From: the human T2T-CHM13v2.0 reference genome, Homo sapiens
Assembly (NCBI RefSeq): GCF_009914755.1
Contig: NC_060929.1
DNA length: 64,000 nucleotides
Direction: 5' to 3' (one strand)
Each line of letters begins with the position of its first letter. The first letter of the stretch is position 1. The notes under the pieces are model-generated. The model ran no database searches and was not told the DNA's origin. It worked only from the letters and a program-made list of their open reading frames with translations. The translations under genes and the position numbers were made by a program. Positions 1 through 13,145 of the stretch are shown here, one piece after another.

Positions 1-1789
1 GGGCAGAAAGAGATCATTAGTTTGCAAGGAAGTCAGTGTCTTCCTCATCCGGCTTCAGCTCTGAAGGCTATACCAGCCCCAGAAGCAGCTGACTCATAGA
101 GGGACACTTGTATAGCATCATAGATGTTAGGTATCAGCCATTAATGCCACCTATTTAACAAGAATGAACTTGCTCTTCTAAGTCATCTGTCATGGAGAGT
201 TTGAAGAATAGAAAAACTCACAGCAAAACATTTTCTTAGTGTGTCTACCTAGTGGATGGGCATTTGGAATCCTCTCACATTCACCTTAACCCCTTTGCTT
301 TGAGTTATAAGGCAACTCCTTGAACAAAAGATTTGTCGGTATCTTTTTTTAAGCTAATTATTGAAGTTGTCCCCATACTGTTCCCTCTCAACTGCTGAAA
401 ACCATTCTAACAATACTGTCTCTCAGCTCATATACTTCTAATCTAAACTCAGAATAAATTTTTAGAACAATATGTTTAGAAGCAGGTTTTTGACATTTTC
501 AATTAGAATTTGGAACATTTTTTCTGTATCAAATGCACAATGGCAGAATGTACCCCTAATCTCAAGAAGACTCATTAAAAACTTCCATCTTGATACATAA
601 TTATCAAGAGTCAAAATGGTCATGATTAGTCAAGCTTCAAAATTAAAATCCTCTCTTTGATGAACTTTTGAAATAAAATGCCATTATCATCTAAAACCTC
701 TATCATCTATGATAATGAAGCTCTCAATTAATTCTTTTGTTATTCACAAAAAGATTAATAATGCTAGTTCATAGTTTTTTTAAGTATCCACATCTGCAAG
801 AGGCATACCATATAAACCATATGTAACTAATCTCTTCCAAGGGAAACAAGAAACAGATCTGAGCATGTTTTATGGACAGCTAGTATTCCCCTACAATAAT
901 GGCTCATGCTAATTATTTTTCTTAAATTGATTATGCTTGCAATAAATTATTAACTTTATGACTATTTCTAGTTTTAGGAAAGTGTTCATGAAATAAATGG
1001 TGATTAGTCTAAATGACCTTGCACAGACTTAGTGTTTCAGATAAATGCCACATTAAGTGGATAATTGTTGTGAGCTGATCCTAACTCTTCTAACAGCTTC
1101 TTCTGGTCCAGCTGTTGCTTTAGAAATCTTCAGCACCAAACTGAATCCTACAAGTATTAAGACTCTATTGGAACCTATTGATTGGAAAAGTCCTTACATT
1201 TGTGTGGAATATTGTCCTGGGCATTGTAATAACAACTTTGACTTAGGTGGCCAAGTGTGATCACATTGATGGCTTTTACCTATTTCAAGGTGGCAATCCA
1301 CCATGGAAGCCAAAAAATGACTTACACCTCACTTGCCTGTTAGATCCCTAGCTAAAAACAATATTTGGTCATCTTCCTATGAAAATTCTCTTAAAGTTCA
1401 TAAGACACTTGGTCAAGAAAATCTGCCTTTATAATTTAAACTTATTTTGTATCATGTTTTATCCTAGTTGCAAAAATAACTAGGAACTAGGTGCTCAAAC
1501 TCTATTAATCGTTGCTAGACACATCATTGAGAGAGAAACTATTTATAGAGAAGTAAGATTACATAGCTAACAGTAGATATGTATTATCTATTGCATACAG
1601 GAGGCTTCTGAAGGGTCAGCTCAGCAGTCTCTTTTGTTGTGGTTGGGGAAACATCTCATGAAGTATTCAAGTTCAAATGAAATATAAGCTAAATATCTGA
1701 ATCTAGCCTCAGTGAAATGAGCTTAGGATCCTAATATTTATTATGTCTTCCTTTTTATCTCTGATATACCACAGTGTTCAAAAAATATA

Positions 1790-2330
1790 CGAGGCTTTCA
1801 TTATGCTGGACCCTACAGGAGAGTTGTGAATTAGACAGCCATCTCACCTGAGCAGTCTACTGAGGGATATCAAGTAGAGAATGACTATACAAGGCTATGG
1901 TGTTGTTATGGTGTTGAAGGTATATGGGGCTGCATAATCAGAGAGGTGCCCCTAAACCAGGTGGGAGTTATGGAAGGCTGCCTGGTAGGAGTGACATCCA
2001 GGTAGAATTCTGAGAGGTGAACAGAAGTCAAGAGAATGCAAGGCAACCTGGGTGAGGTCTGAGAAGGCATATAGAGACTTTCTTCTAGGTTCTAGGCAAT
2101 AGGTACACATATATAACCTTCCAACGGCCAAGAAGACTACAGTACACTTTGAGAAGAGTAGTAGCTAAGCCTGGGGAGGGAAAAAGATTGCATTTTATAC
2201 AGAAAGTAGAGAAGAGCCATAATAGGGTATTAGGAGGGGAACAATGTTATCAGATGTGCTTTTGAGAAAACACTCTGACAGCAATATGGACTATGGATTG
2301 AAGGAGGGTAGGGGAGACCCATAAATATGC
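1790..2330 (-). mobile_element. L2 LINE fragment (ancient)
   Basis: Purine-rich antisense L2 3'-region motifs (ggaaggctgcctggtaggagtgacat; tcagatgtgcttttgagaaaacactctgacagcaatatgg). Highly diverged; edges approximate. Confidence 0.55.
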
Positions 2331-3339
2331 TGGAAATAGAGCCTAGCACTAAGAATGGGGCTCACTTCAATCAGTCTCATTTTTCCATGTTCTCTGCAAG
2401 TAAAATCCACTTTGGGAACCAACTCAACAATTCAAGGGTGTTTTCAATTATTCTTTGTAATAACATAATCTACTTCATATGAGAAAAATCCTGTTTGCCA
2501 TAGTTGAAAAATGCTCAGTTGGTAGTTCTCTGGGAGAAACTACTCAGTTTCCTAAAATTTAAATACCCACAGAGTAAAAACAAAGGCTGCTAATAAGAAA
2601 TGTGTCATTGAAATTGAACAGAAGCTAGAGAAGTCCCATTTCTTGTTCTTTTTATCTTTGCAAAAGCATAGTTCCACAGCAATTTGCCCATGATATCATT
2701 CATCCTTTGTATCATTAGCATTTGGGAAAATGCCTGAAACTGTCACCATGAGACAAGCAACATGTAGAAACTAGAAATGCAGTTTGGGGAAATTAGAAAA
2801 TAAAACTCCTAAAGAGGAGGATTGAATGTTTCATTAAGCATAAACATGATGCAAAAAAAAATCCTTTCTGACTTCAACTGTTGTTGGCTACTAAAATGTC
2901 ATCACCAATTAGGCCTTTTTGCATGCTCTGTGGTGCAAAACCAATTATCCTGACTGTCCCTGTCCTCAAAACACCAAGATCACTGATGTGGGCAGACAGA
3001 AAAAGAGCCAACTTTGATACAAACACATATTAAAGCAGGTACCAATTTTTAAAAGAAAGTCATAGGTAATCATTCATTCATTCATGTATTCATGCCAGTA
3101 TACACCATGCAAGGCAAGGGATAGGGGAAGAGGGATAGGTGCTGAAACTGGATTAGGGTCATGCCCATAGTAGGCTTAGTTATAGTCTGGTAGGTATGTC
3201 ACATCATATAATTAAGTGACAGAAAGAAATGAAAGTGGAAAGTAGTAAGTATCAATACAGACTGTGTTTCAGTAAAAATAGATGAGGAAAATGTTGGAGA
3301 GTGGTAGAAAGTAAAAAGTAGAGGGAGGAGGAAAATTAC

Positions 3340-3530
3340 AATAGTTCACATTTTACTGAACCAAGCACTGTATTTGTGTATTTATATCTTAGATTTCATG
3401 TGATAGGGACTATAATTACTCATATTTTAACATCAGGGAACTAAGACTTAGAAAGATTAAATAGTTTACTGATTCTTGGATATGGGTAGCACTGGGGATC
3501 ACCATTGTGCCTGGTGTTGGACTTCAAAGC
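3340..3530 (-). mobile_element. MIR SINE
   Basis: Antisense MIR core-like catattttaacatcagggaactaagacttagaaagattaaatagtt. Confidence 0.6.
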
Positions 3531-3892
3531 AAGCGCATCAATTTATTTCTAGCCTACTCTGGAGTTGAGGTTTCAGAGGGAAGAAGACATTATGAGTTTG
3601 GTTCAGGATTTTGCAGACTTTACTAGATCAAGGAGCCATGATCACATGCATTTTTGAGAATTCCATATATACGATTCAAACAGTAAGACAGAGGGCAGGA
3701 AGCATGGAACTTATGAGGTACAGAGTCTCTTCTACTGTGGTACCAAGATAAGCAATTTGGATGATGAGGACTCTGGAATTTCAGGATTGAGATCTCATCC
3801 TGCCAAGGAAGGTTTCCTAGAAGAGGTGGGGCATAAGCTGGGCCTTTGAAAGTAGGACATGAGCAAAAGGAAGTACAAGGAAACCCTCCGAG

Positions 3893-3956
3893 ATTTCAGT
3901 GAGCTGTGATCACACCACTACACTGCAGCCTGGGCAAAAGAATGAGACCCTGTCTC
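3893..3956 (+). mobile_element. Alu right-arm 3' fragment (AluJ-like), no poly(A)
   Basis: cagtgagctgtgatcacaccactacactgcagcctgggcaaaagaatgagaccctgtctc matches the Alu 3' end. Confidence 0.85.
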
Positions 3957-4032
3957 GGCCAGGCGTGGTAGCTCACGCCTGTAATCCCAGCACTTTGGGA
4001 GGCCAAGGTAAGCAGATCACAAGGTCAGGAGT
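3957..4032 (+). mobile_element. Alu left-arm 5' fragment (AluS-type)
   Basis: ggccaggcgtggtagctcacgcctgtaatcccagcactttgggaggcc...gatcacaaggtcaggagt; stops abruptly within the B box. Confidence 0.9.
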
Positions 4033-6648
4033 GGGCCTGAGAAAATGAAATCGATTCTGCATTCACTGAAAGGTAATTTGATTCCAGTTAAGGTGTCTGA
4101 CCAGTGTCCGACCAAGAAGTGATACTCTGACGATTGCACACCAGAGTGTTCTGCACTGTGCGGGTTGGGGAGATATGATTTCAGAAGCAGCCAGTGGTAT
4201 AAAATGAAAGGCTGAGCTGCTCCTTTAGTCTCCACTTGCCTCTCTCCATCCTTGGATGTGCACAGGGAACATTTTCTTAGTTTTGACAAATGTAGCTTTA
4301 GACCTCCCTCTTACCCCTCCCCACCTTCCAATCAGATTATATAGATATGGCCCCCTGGGAGCCATCCCCTCAGAAAAGGGTAAGTTAAAAGAAGAGGGTT
4401 GGAGATACTAGAGTATATCATTTATTCTCTGGCTGTCACCATCTCCTCCTACATTTTAAATTTATATACCTGGTTTGTAATTTTCCTCCCATCACTGATG
4501 GAACATACCAATAAATACATTCAATGCCAGAGAACTCAAGCCTGTATGCACATGGCATTCTCCAGTGAAGGTTATAGCAGTGGGATGGAGGGTTGAAGGT
4601 AGATCATAGGATTCAGGAATCTTGGATATATTCTGGACATAGCTTTGATATAAGAACTAACTTGTTTTTATGAGAACTGAGGTAGTAAGCAGTTCCTCTT
4701 GTTCTTCACCTTATTTAAAGGAAAAGAGGTTGGGGGCAGAGTTGCAGGGGAATGTCTTACACAAATCAGAGAAGTGTTATTAGGAGGACAGAGTTAGATT
4801 TTCTAAATAGCTCTCTACTCCTCCACCTGAAGTTTGAGTGTATGATACATGGCTTGGATGTCATTGGCAGATGACTGATAAATACAGTGACTTCTAGCAG
4901 GCTTAGCTCTGTCTGTAATAGTGGTTGCTCAGTTGAAATCGCCCCAGTGTTCACAGATGAAGTTACCTGTTGAGGTAGAAGACCCAACGACATATACAGT
5001 TTAGAGATGTAAAATGAAGTCAATGTAAAATGAAGGAAAATGCATAGCTTTAAATTTGCCTTTGAAAAGACCTTGGGGAAGCAAGACATTTCTCTGGTTG
5101 TTCCTCTCAAATCTGGATTGGTGAGGAGACTAACTTGGTTTTGAGTGAGTTTCTACAGAGAAGGTAGGAACCCATACTTTCTTTTACTATCACCTTTTGA
5201 CATCTCAGATGTCTTCTTGGTCAATACAGCGCCTTTTTGAGATACCTTTTCTGTCTAAGTAGCTTTCCTTCAGCCTTGCTGTCATTCAGCCCACCATGCC
5301 AATTTTATATCTCCTATATAAGAGGAGTCTGATTCCATTTGTGACAAGAGGAGCTGCTATCTGGGCAATCTTCTTCAAGCACTCTCTCGATTAAGCTGGT
5401 ACTCTATATATTGTAAGGATACAAAGTTCCAGTTGAATTAAACAGAATATTGCCACAGGAAACAGGGACAAAGAAAGTAAAAATAAATTCTCTCATGTTA
5501 AACACTTGGGTGGATTCATGCTTTCCATATTCCAACATCATAAAATATTTACCTATAACCAAGACATCGTGCAAAATAAATCAATGGTACCATTCTGTTT
5601 TTGAAGAACCAATCATCTCTACAAAGTCAGTGTTTTTACATAGGGCTATATATTGATGTGTTAGAAAAAAAATCAACACTACTAGCAAAAGTGCCCAGCT
5701 TCGTCTTGCTATTTTAGCCATTATGCTATTCCTGTTTCATTCTCCTTGATTAAATCAGTGGAGGCTTAAGACAAAGCTAGAAATATAAAGGTGATTAGGA
5801 GAGAAATGAAGGAAAAGAAAATAAAGTACCCATAAAGGTTGGGTGGTAATTACTACTTAGGGAGTAGGAAGGATTAATTAACATTATTCTGTCTAGTGTA
5901 AACCCTCCTCCCTACCACTGTGAACTAGGAAGTCCAATAAAATGTAAGTGAATAAAGTATAATCAAATCTACTTCTTTGAAATGTACTTTAAACAGAATT
6001 TTTACAAATTCTTAAACATTTCTTTGTTGCAAGGAATCTACCTATGTAGTAATACTTTAGTTCAAGTGGCTATTAATTTTTAAGCTAATTTTATGCCTAA
6101 TGCTATACATCAAAATAATTTCCAGATGAGCTAAAAGTTTATATATAAACATCTATATGATAAAATTACTTAAAGAAATTATAATGCATTATAAAATTGA
6201 AACAAAGCTGATATTTCCAAGTGTGACTCCAAAAAATGAACCTATCAAAAAGGTGGGGAGGGAATAGGTGAAACTATCAGCATTAAATTATTTCTAAAGT
6301 TTCTCCATAAAAATATATTGTAGATAAAGCTAAAAGGGAAGTTTGTAAAACTGAAAAAAAAATTACAACATATGACAAAGGACAAATAGGGGGATAAATA
6401 ATTTTTAAAAGAAATTAAAATAGCCTATAAGTGTACACAAAGTATTCAACTCCCCTAGTGATGATGTCAAAGACATAGCAAAATGGCAAAGATTTTAAAA
6501 TCAACAATGATAAGGGAAATAGATATTTACATTCAGTCATGGGTGTTTGGAAACAATATTTCTAGGTCAAACTTTGGCATCACATTTCAAATTTGACTAT
6601 ACCTTTTGATCCAGAAATTTCATACTTAGGAATCTACCCTATGAAATA

Positions 6649-6876
6649 CAGGTTGAACACCCTTAACACAAAAATCTGAAATTCAAAGTGTTCCAAAATT
6701 TGAAACTTTTTGAGTACCGACATGATACTCATGGGAAATGCTCATTGGATTATTTCAGATTTTGGATTTTTTAGATAAGGAATGTTTAGCTGGTATATAG
6801 TCTTCAAATATTCCAAAATCCAAAAAAATCAAATCTAATATTTCTCTGGTCCAAAGCATTTCAGATAAGAGGTATT
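6649..6876 (+). mobile_element. Tigger4a/MER46A (TcMar-Tigger) DNA transposon
   Basis: TA-caggttgaacacccttaa start; tgaaactttttgagtaccgacatgatactc; ctggtccaaagcatttcagataag end; right TIR eroded. Confidence 0.85.
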
Positions 6877-6899
6877 ATAATAACAAAAATTAAATTATA

Positions 6900-7030
6900 A
6901 AATAGCTAATTTCCACTCCATATTTATTACGTGAAAGGATCTGTGTCAAGTAATTTAAGTACTTCATCTCATTTAATATTTCCAATAATTTTATGAGATG
7001 GGGGCTGTTATGTTCTTTTATGAAAAAAAT
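6900..7030 (-). mobile_element. MIR fragment
   Basis: atctcatttaatatttccaataattttatgagatggggg resembles antisense MIR. Confidence 0.5.
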
Positions 7031-7399
7031 GAAATAACTTAAAAGTCTAAGAAAGGAATTTGTTAAGTTATGCCACAGTTATACAATGGAATTCAGCCGT
7101 CCTGACATTAAAAAATGGTATCAAATATTTTTTGACATACAGAGATGCCTATGATGTATTAAGTGCAAAAAAGCAGATTACAGGAGAGTATGTACAGTAT
7201 CATCTCATTTTATTTTAAAAGTATCTACATATTTTTCCTGTGTACATACCAGATACATTTTTATTTGTCTCAAAGTGTATGCATCAAAATATTAATGGTA
7301 TTTATGTCTATAGTGCATTAATTTTCTTTTTTGTTGATTGCTTCTTTTATCTCTCTACATTGAATGTATTTTATTTGTTTAATATAAAAGGTGACAAAG

Positions 7400-10300
7400 A
7401 AAAAGAAGCAAACAATTTATAACCCAACTAGGAAACAATTAACAATATGACAGAAACAAAACCTCACATATCAATATTAACCTTGAACATTAATGGTCTG
7501 TGTGTGCTCCACTTAAAAGATATAGACTGGTGGAATCAATAACAAAACACATTCCAACTGTATGGTTCTTACAAGAAACTAATCTTAGCTGTAAAGACAT
7601 ATAGACTGAAAGTAAAGGGGTGAAAAAAGATATTCCATGCAAATGGAACCCATAAGTGATCAAGAGTAGCTATGCTTATATCTTTATGCTTTAAACTTTA
7701 AATCAAAAATAGCCAAAAAAATGAAGAAAGTAATCAAATAATAATGGGATAAATTCAACAAGGAGATATAACAATTCTAAATATATATATGCATCCACCA
7801 CTGGAGCACTCACACTCATAAAAACAAATATTACTAGACCTAAAGAAAGAGACCAACAGTAATATAGTAATAGTGGGGGTTTCAAAACCGCAGTCACAGC
7901 ATTAGATTTTCAAGATAAAAACAAAATCAACAAAGAAATATTGGACTTCAATTAGACTTAAAGCCAAATGGATCTTAAAGACATTTACAGAAAATTTTAT
8001 GTAAACAACTGCAGGATATACATTCTTTGCATCAGCACGAAGTACATTCTCCAAGACAGACTATATGTTACACCAAAAAACAAGTCTCAACAAACTTTTA
8101 AAAAATAGAAATCATATCAGGTATATTCTCAGACCACAGTAGAATAAAACCATATATCAATACCACAACAATGTCAGAAACTATACAAATACATGGAAAT
8201 TGAACATGCTCCTGATCATGAATGATCACTGAGTCAATGAAGAAATTAAGATGGAAATTTTAAAAAAATTGAAATAAATGAAAATGGAAACACAACATAC
8301 CAAAACCTGTGGGATACAGCAAAAGCAGTGTGAAGAGAGACTTTTATAACAATAAATTAAAAAGTGGAAAGAATGCAAATTAACAACCTAACATCAAACC
8401 TAAATAAACTAGAAAAGCAAGAATAAGCCAAATCCAAAATTAGCAGAAGGAAGAAATAACAAAAATCAAAGCAGAACTAATGAAATAGAGGGCAAAAACA
8501 CAATACAAAGGACTGACAAAACAAAAATCTGCTTCTTCAAAAAGATTTTAAAAATTCATTAACTTCTGGCTAGGCTAACCAAGGAAGAGTGAAGATCCAA
8601 ATAAAACAAGAATGAAAAAGGAGACATTACAATTGATACCACAGAAACACAAAACATCATCACAGACTATTATGAACAACTGTATACTCGCAAACTAGAA
8701 AACCTAGAGGAAATAATAAATTCCTGGAAATATACAACCTCCCAAGATTGAACCAGGAAGAAATGGAAAACCTGAACAAACCAATAATGAGTAGCAATAT
8801 CGAGTCAGTAATAATAGAAAAATCTCCCAAAAAAGAAAAGCCCAGGATCAGATGGATTCACAGCCAAATTCTATCAAACATACAAAAAACTAATACCAAT
8901 CTTCCTGAAACTGTTCCAAAAAATTCAGGAGTAAAGAATTCACCCCAACTCATTCTATGAGGTTAGTATTATCTTGATACCAAAACCAGACAAGGACAAA
9001 ACAAGAAAACTACAGACCAATATCCTTGATGAACATCGACCAAAAATCCTCAAAAACAAAAAAGGAAAAGAAAAAGAAAAAAGAAAAGAAAAGAAGAAAC
9101 TAGCAAATCAAATCCAACAGCACATCAAAGTGATAATACACCATGATCAAGTATGTTTTATACCAGGGATGCAAGGACGGTTCAACATATGCAAATAAAA
9201 AAATGTGATACATCACATAAACAGATTTAAGGACGAAAATCATATAATCATCTCAGTAGACGCAGAAAAAGCATTTGATAAAATTCAGCATCCCTTCATA
9301 ATAAAAGAGCTTAAAAAACTAGGCACAGAAGGAACATACCTCAAAATAATAACAGCCATATATGACAAAACCACTGCCAACATCCTGCCAAATGGGGAAA
9401 AGTTGAAAGTATACCCTCTAAGAATTGGAAGAGGACAAGAATGCCCACCCTCACCACTCCTATTCAACATAGAGCTAGAAGTTCCAGCCAGAGGAATCAA
9501 GCAAGAGAAAGAAATAAAAGGCATCAAAATTGGAAAAAAGGAAGTCAGATTATCCCTGTTCACTGAAGATATGATCTTATAGCCAGAAAAAGCTAAAGAC
9601 TCCACCCCCAAAAATCTCTTAGACTTGATAAATCAATCTGGTAAAGGTTTAAGATACAAAAAACAATGTACACGAATCAGTAGCTTTTTTTTTGAGACAG
9701 AGTCTCTTTCAGTCGCCCAGGCTGGTGTGCAGTGGTGCAGTCTCTGCTCACTGCAACCTCTGCTTAGTCCAAGCAATTCTCCTACCTCAGCCTCCCAAGC
9801 AGCTGGGACTACAGGCACAGACCACTGCACCCAGCTAATTTTTGTATTTTTTTTTTAGAGACAGGGTTTCACCATGTTGGTCAGGCTTGTCTCGAACTCC
9901 TGACCTCGTGATCCACCCCACCCCCCTCAGCCTCCCAAAGTGTTGGGATTATAGGAGTGAGCCACCGCACTCGGCCCAAGAATCAGTAGCATTTCTATAC
10001 ACCAATAATGACCTAGCTGAGAATTAAATCTAGAAGCCAATCCCAGTTACAATAGCTACAAAAAATAAAAAATAAAATAAAATACTTTGGAATATATTTA
10101 ACCAAGGCAGTGAAAGATCTCTACAAATAAAACTACAAAACACTGATGAAAGAAATAATAGATGACACAAGCAAATAGAAAAACATCCCATGAATATGAA
10201 TCAGAAGAATTGACATCATTAACATGCACATACTGCCCAAAGTAATCTACAGATACAATGCAACTCCTATCAAAATACCAAAGTCATTTTCCACAGAATT

Positions 10301-11865
10301 AGAAAAACAATCCTAAAATTAGTAGGGAACCAAAAAAGAGCCTAAATTGACAAAGCAATCTTAAGCAAAAGGAACAAAGCTGGAGGCATCACATTGTCTG
10401 ACTTCAAATTGCATACTACGAGGCTATAATAACCCAAACAGCACGGTGCTGGTTTAAAAATAGACACATAGATCAATGAAACAAAAGAGAGAATCCAGGA
10501 ATAAAGCCACATATTTACAGCCAGCTAATCTTTGATAAAGTTGACAAGAACATACATGGGGGAAAGGGCACTTTTCTATAAATGGTGCTGGGAAAAATAG
10601 ATTTCCATATGCAAAAGAGTGAAACTGGATCCCTGTCTCCCACTATATGCAAAAATCAACTCAAGATGGTTAAAAGACTTCAATGTAAGACTTAAAACTA
10701 TAAAAATAAAAGAAAAAAATGGAGAAAAACTCTTCTGTACATTGGTCTAGGCAAAGAATTTATGATTAAAACCTTTAAGGCAACAAAAACAAAAATAGAC
10801 AAATGGGACGTAATTATACTAAAATGCTTCTGCACAGCAAAAGAAATAATCAACAGAGTGAACAGGCAGCCTTCAGAATGAGAGAATATATTTGTAAACT
10901 ATGAATCCAACAGGGGACTAATATTCAGAATTCACAAGGAACTCAACTCAATGAAAAACCACAAATAATCCCATTTTTTAAGTGGGCAAATGACATGAAT
11001 AGACATTTTTCAAAAGAAGACATATAAATGACCAACAGGCATATAAAAATGTTCAACATCACTAATCCTCAGAGAAGTACAAATTAAAACTACAATGAGA
11101 TATCATCTTACACCAGTCATAATGACTATTACTAAAAAGACAAAAACCACTAGATGTTGATGAAGATGTGGAGAAGAGAGAACTCATACACTGGTAGAAG
11201 TATAAATTTGTACAACCTCAATGGAAAACAGTAAGGAGATTTCTCAAAGAGCTAAAATAGAACTACCATTGGATCCAGCAATCTCACTACTGTGTATCTA
11301 CCAAAAGGAAAATAAATCAATATATCAAAAAGATACATATACTCATATGTTTATTGCAGTAGTATTCTCAATAGCAAAGATATGAAATCAACCTTAACAT
11401 ATGTTGATGTTAAGTGTCCATCAACATATGGCTGAATAAAGTGGTATATATACATATATAATATACATATATATACACAATGGAATACTATTTAGCCATA
11501 AAAATAATGATATAATGTCTTTTGCAGCAAAATGAATGGAACTGGGGGTCATTATCTTAAGTGAAATGAATCAGATACAAGAAGACAAATATTGCATGTT
11601 CTTGCTTATAAGTGGGAACTAAATGTGTACATATGAACATAGAGTATGGAATAATAAACAGTAGAGACTTGGAAGGGTGAGGGGGTGAGAAGAGGGTGGA
11701 TGATGAGAAATTATTTAATGCCTGTAACATACATTATTCAGGTGTTGGGTACCCTGAAAGCCCTGACTTCATCACTATGCAATCTATGCATGTAACAAAA
11801 TTGCACTTGTACCCCATAAATTTATAGAAATAAAAATACCAATTAAATTAAAAAATAAAAAATGA
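7400..11865 (+). mobile_element. L1PB4-like LINE-1, 5'-truncated just before ORF2, with dead ORF2 and 3'UTR
   Basis: ORF2 start atgacagaaacaaaacctcacatatcaata at 7447; RT fragments ([40 protein letters not shown]); 3' end ccctgaaagccctgacttcatcactatgcaatctatgcatgtaacaaaattgcacttgtaccccataaa plus A-rich tail. Many stops and frameshifts. Confidence 0.9.
9685..9976 (-). mobile_element. AluS (Sg/Sc-like) inserted in L1PB4 ORF2
   Basis: Full dimer; tgacctcgtgatcc 2-bp-deletion diagnostic; TSD ca(c/a)gaatcagtagc at 9671-9684 and 9977-9990. Confidence 0.95.
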
Positions 11866-12205
11866 CAAAAATAAAAGCAAAACAAAGTCGGTTAATTGTT
11901 GTTAATTTTTTATATCAAGTAGAAAGTAGATCTTTGTTTAATTGTACTTAGTAGACAATTAAACAAAGCAGCCTCAAAAGAAACTGGTTTCAATGGGACT
12001 TTCTAAAGATTTTCTTAAATACCAGTGAGTAAAAATTAAAGTGCACAGCAGAGATAGACTGGAGGGTTATGTGTCTTTATAAAAAAACAAAAAGGAGTCT
12101 CTCTGAAGTTGAATTGCTGGGTCACTTATCCAAGTACCTTTATCTAGAACTGATTCTAAACTTGGGGACCAGAAACAACAGGACACCAGTTGGTTTTGCT
12201 TGGTT

Positions 12206-12415
12206 CAGGAGCTGCAAATTGGTGGCCCTTGGATGAGTTTCATTCAGCCTCCCCCGTGTTTTTAAAAATGTGTGTTTGAATGCCTTCAGTTAGACTTGCA
12301 TGCTCAAACTTTCCACAATTGCCATGGTCCCTTCTTGCTGCTCAGTACTCCTTTTTAGTTTACTTGCCTGGCATCCTAGAAGATCCATGGACAGAATTAA
12401 GGCTGCCCATGATCT
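12206..12415. mobile_element. MER102-like hAT-Charlie DNA transposon
   Basis: caggagctgcaaattggtggccc...tttgaatgccttcag...ttacttgcctggc. Confidence 0.6.
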
Positions 12416-12984
12416 TGGGTGGAGGGAAATTACATCTTTATTTTCACTAAGATCTAGCTACAAATTAAATTTTCCTTCAGTTATAAATGTAGGTAGTAAA
12501 CCATCATTTGCAGCACATGTGACTTTGCCACCAATAGAAAGCCCATATGGTTTCATATTATAAGATATTACTACTTATGTTTATTATTTCTTTAAAATTA
12601 TGGTAGTTATTAGCTCTGCAAATATGCTTTTGTCCTAATTATTTAATGCAATAATAAAGAAGCACCTATACTCTCATATACTCTTTAAGTTTCTTTTTTA
12701 ATATTTTGCAAAAAAAATCTCAATATCATTGGTTTCCTTTGGACTTTTATGTATCTTAATTTTATGTGTTTAAAAATAATGACTCAAAAAAAAAACCTGA
12801 GTTTAGGATAAAATATCTTCAGCCTCGCTCCCTTGAAGAACACAGACTTAACATTGCAGCATCTGAATACCGAATAACGAAGGTTTGGTTTCTTCACCCG
12901 AAAATATTTTTATCAGTTAAATCCAGGCCCATGTGTTTTTCTGGCTAACTCAGTTCACTCAAGTCCATTTGTTCCCTCTTCTAG

Positions 12985-13145
12985 AGCTGTGCTGTCCAAC
13001 ATAGTAACCACATGCTATACATGGCTATTGAGCCCCTGAAATGTGGCTAGTATGAATTGTGATGTGCTATAAGAATAAAATACACTTTGGCTTTTGAATA
13101 TTTAGCAGAAAAAATATAAAGTATTTCATTAATGATTTTGTTGCA
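12985..13145. mobile_element. MER33/Charlie-family fragment
   Basis: gctgtccaacatagtaaccac...tgaaatgtggctagtatgaattgtgatgtgctataagaataaaatacac. Confidence 0.75.

Larger units (their letters stand above)
6085..7395 (+). mobile_element. Ancient L1M (L1ME-like) ORF2 end/3'UTR relic, interrupted by Tigger4a and MIR
   Basis: Degenerate L1 motifs aaaataatttccagatg, accttttgatccagaaatttcatacttaggaatctaccct, atacaatggaatt. Confidence 0.6.

Noticed and set aside
5215-5385. Gypsy-like RT hint on the minus strand (KIAQIAAPL ... GAVL)
   Set aside because: Only a few residues, in different frames with stops and wrong spacing; would need a tBLASTn/HMM hit.
7385-11885. TSD for the L1PB4 (tgacaaa..aaagcaa-like at both ends)
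   Set aside because: A-rich low-complexity match with several mismatches; not reliable.
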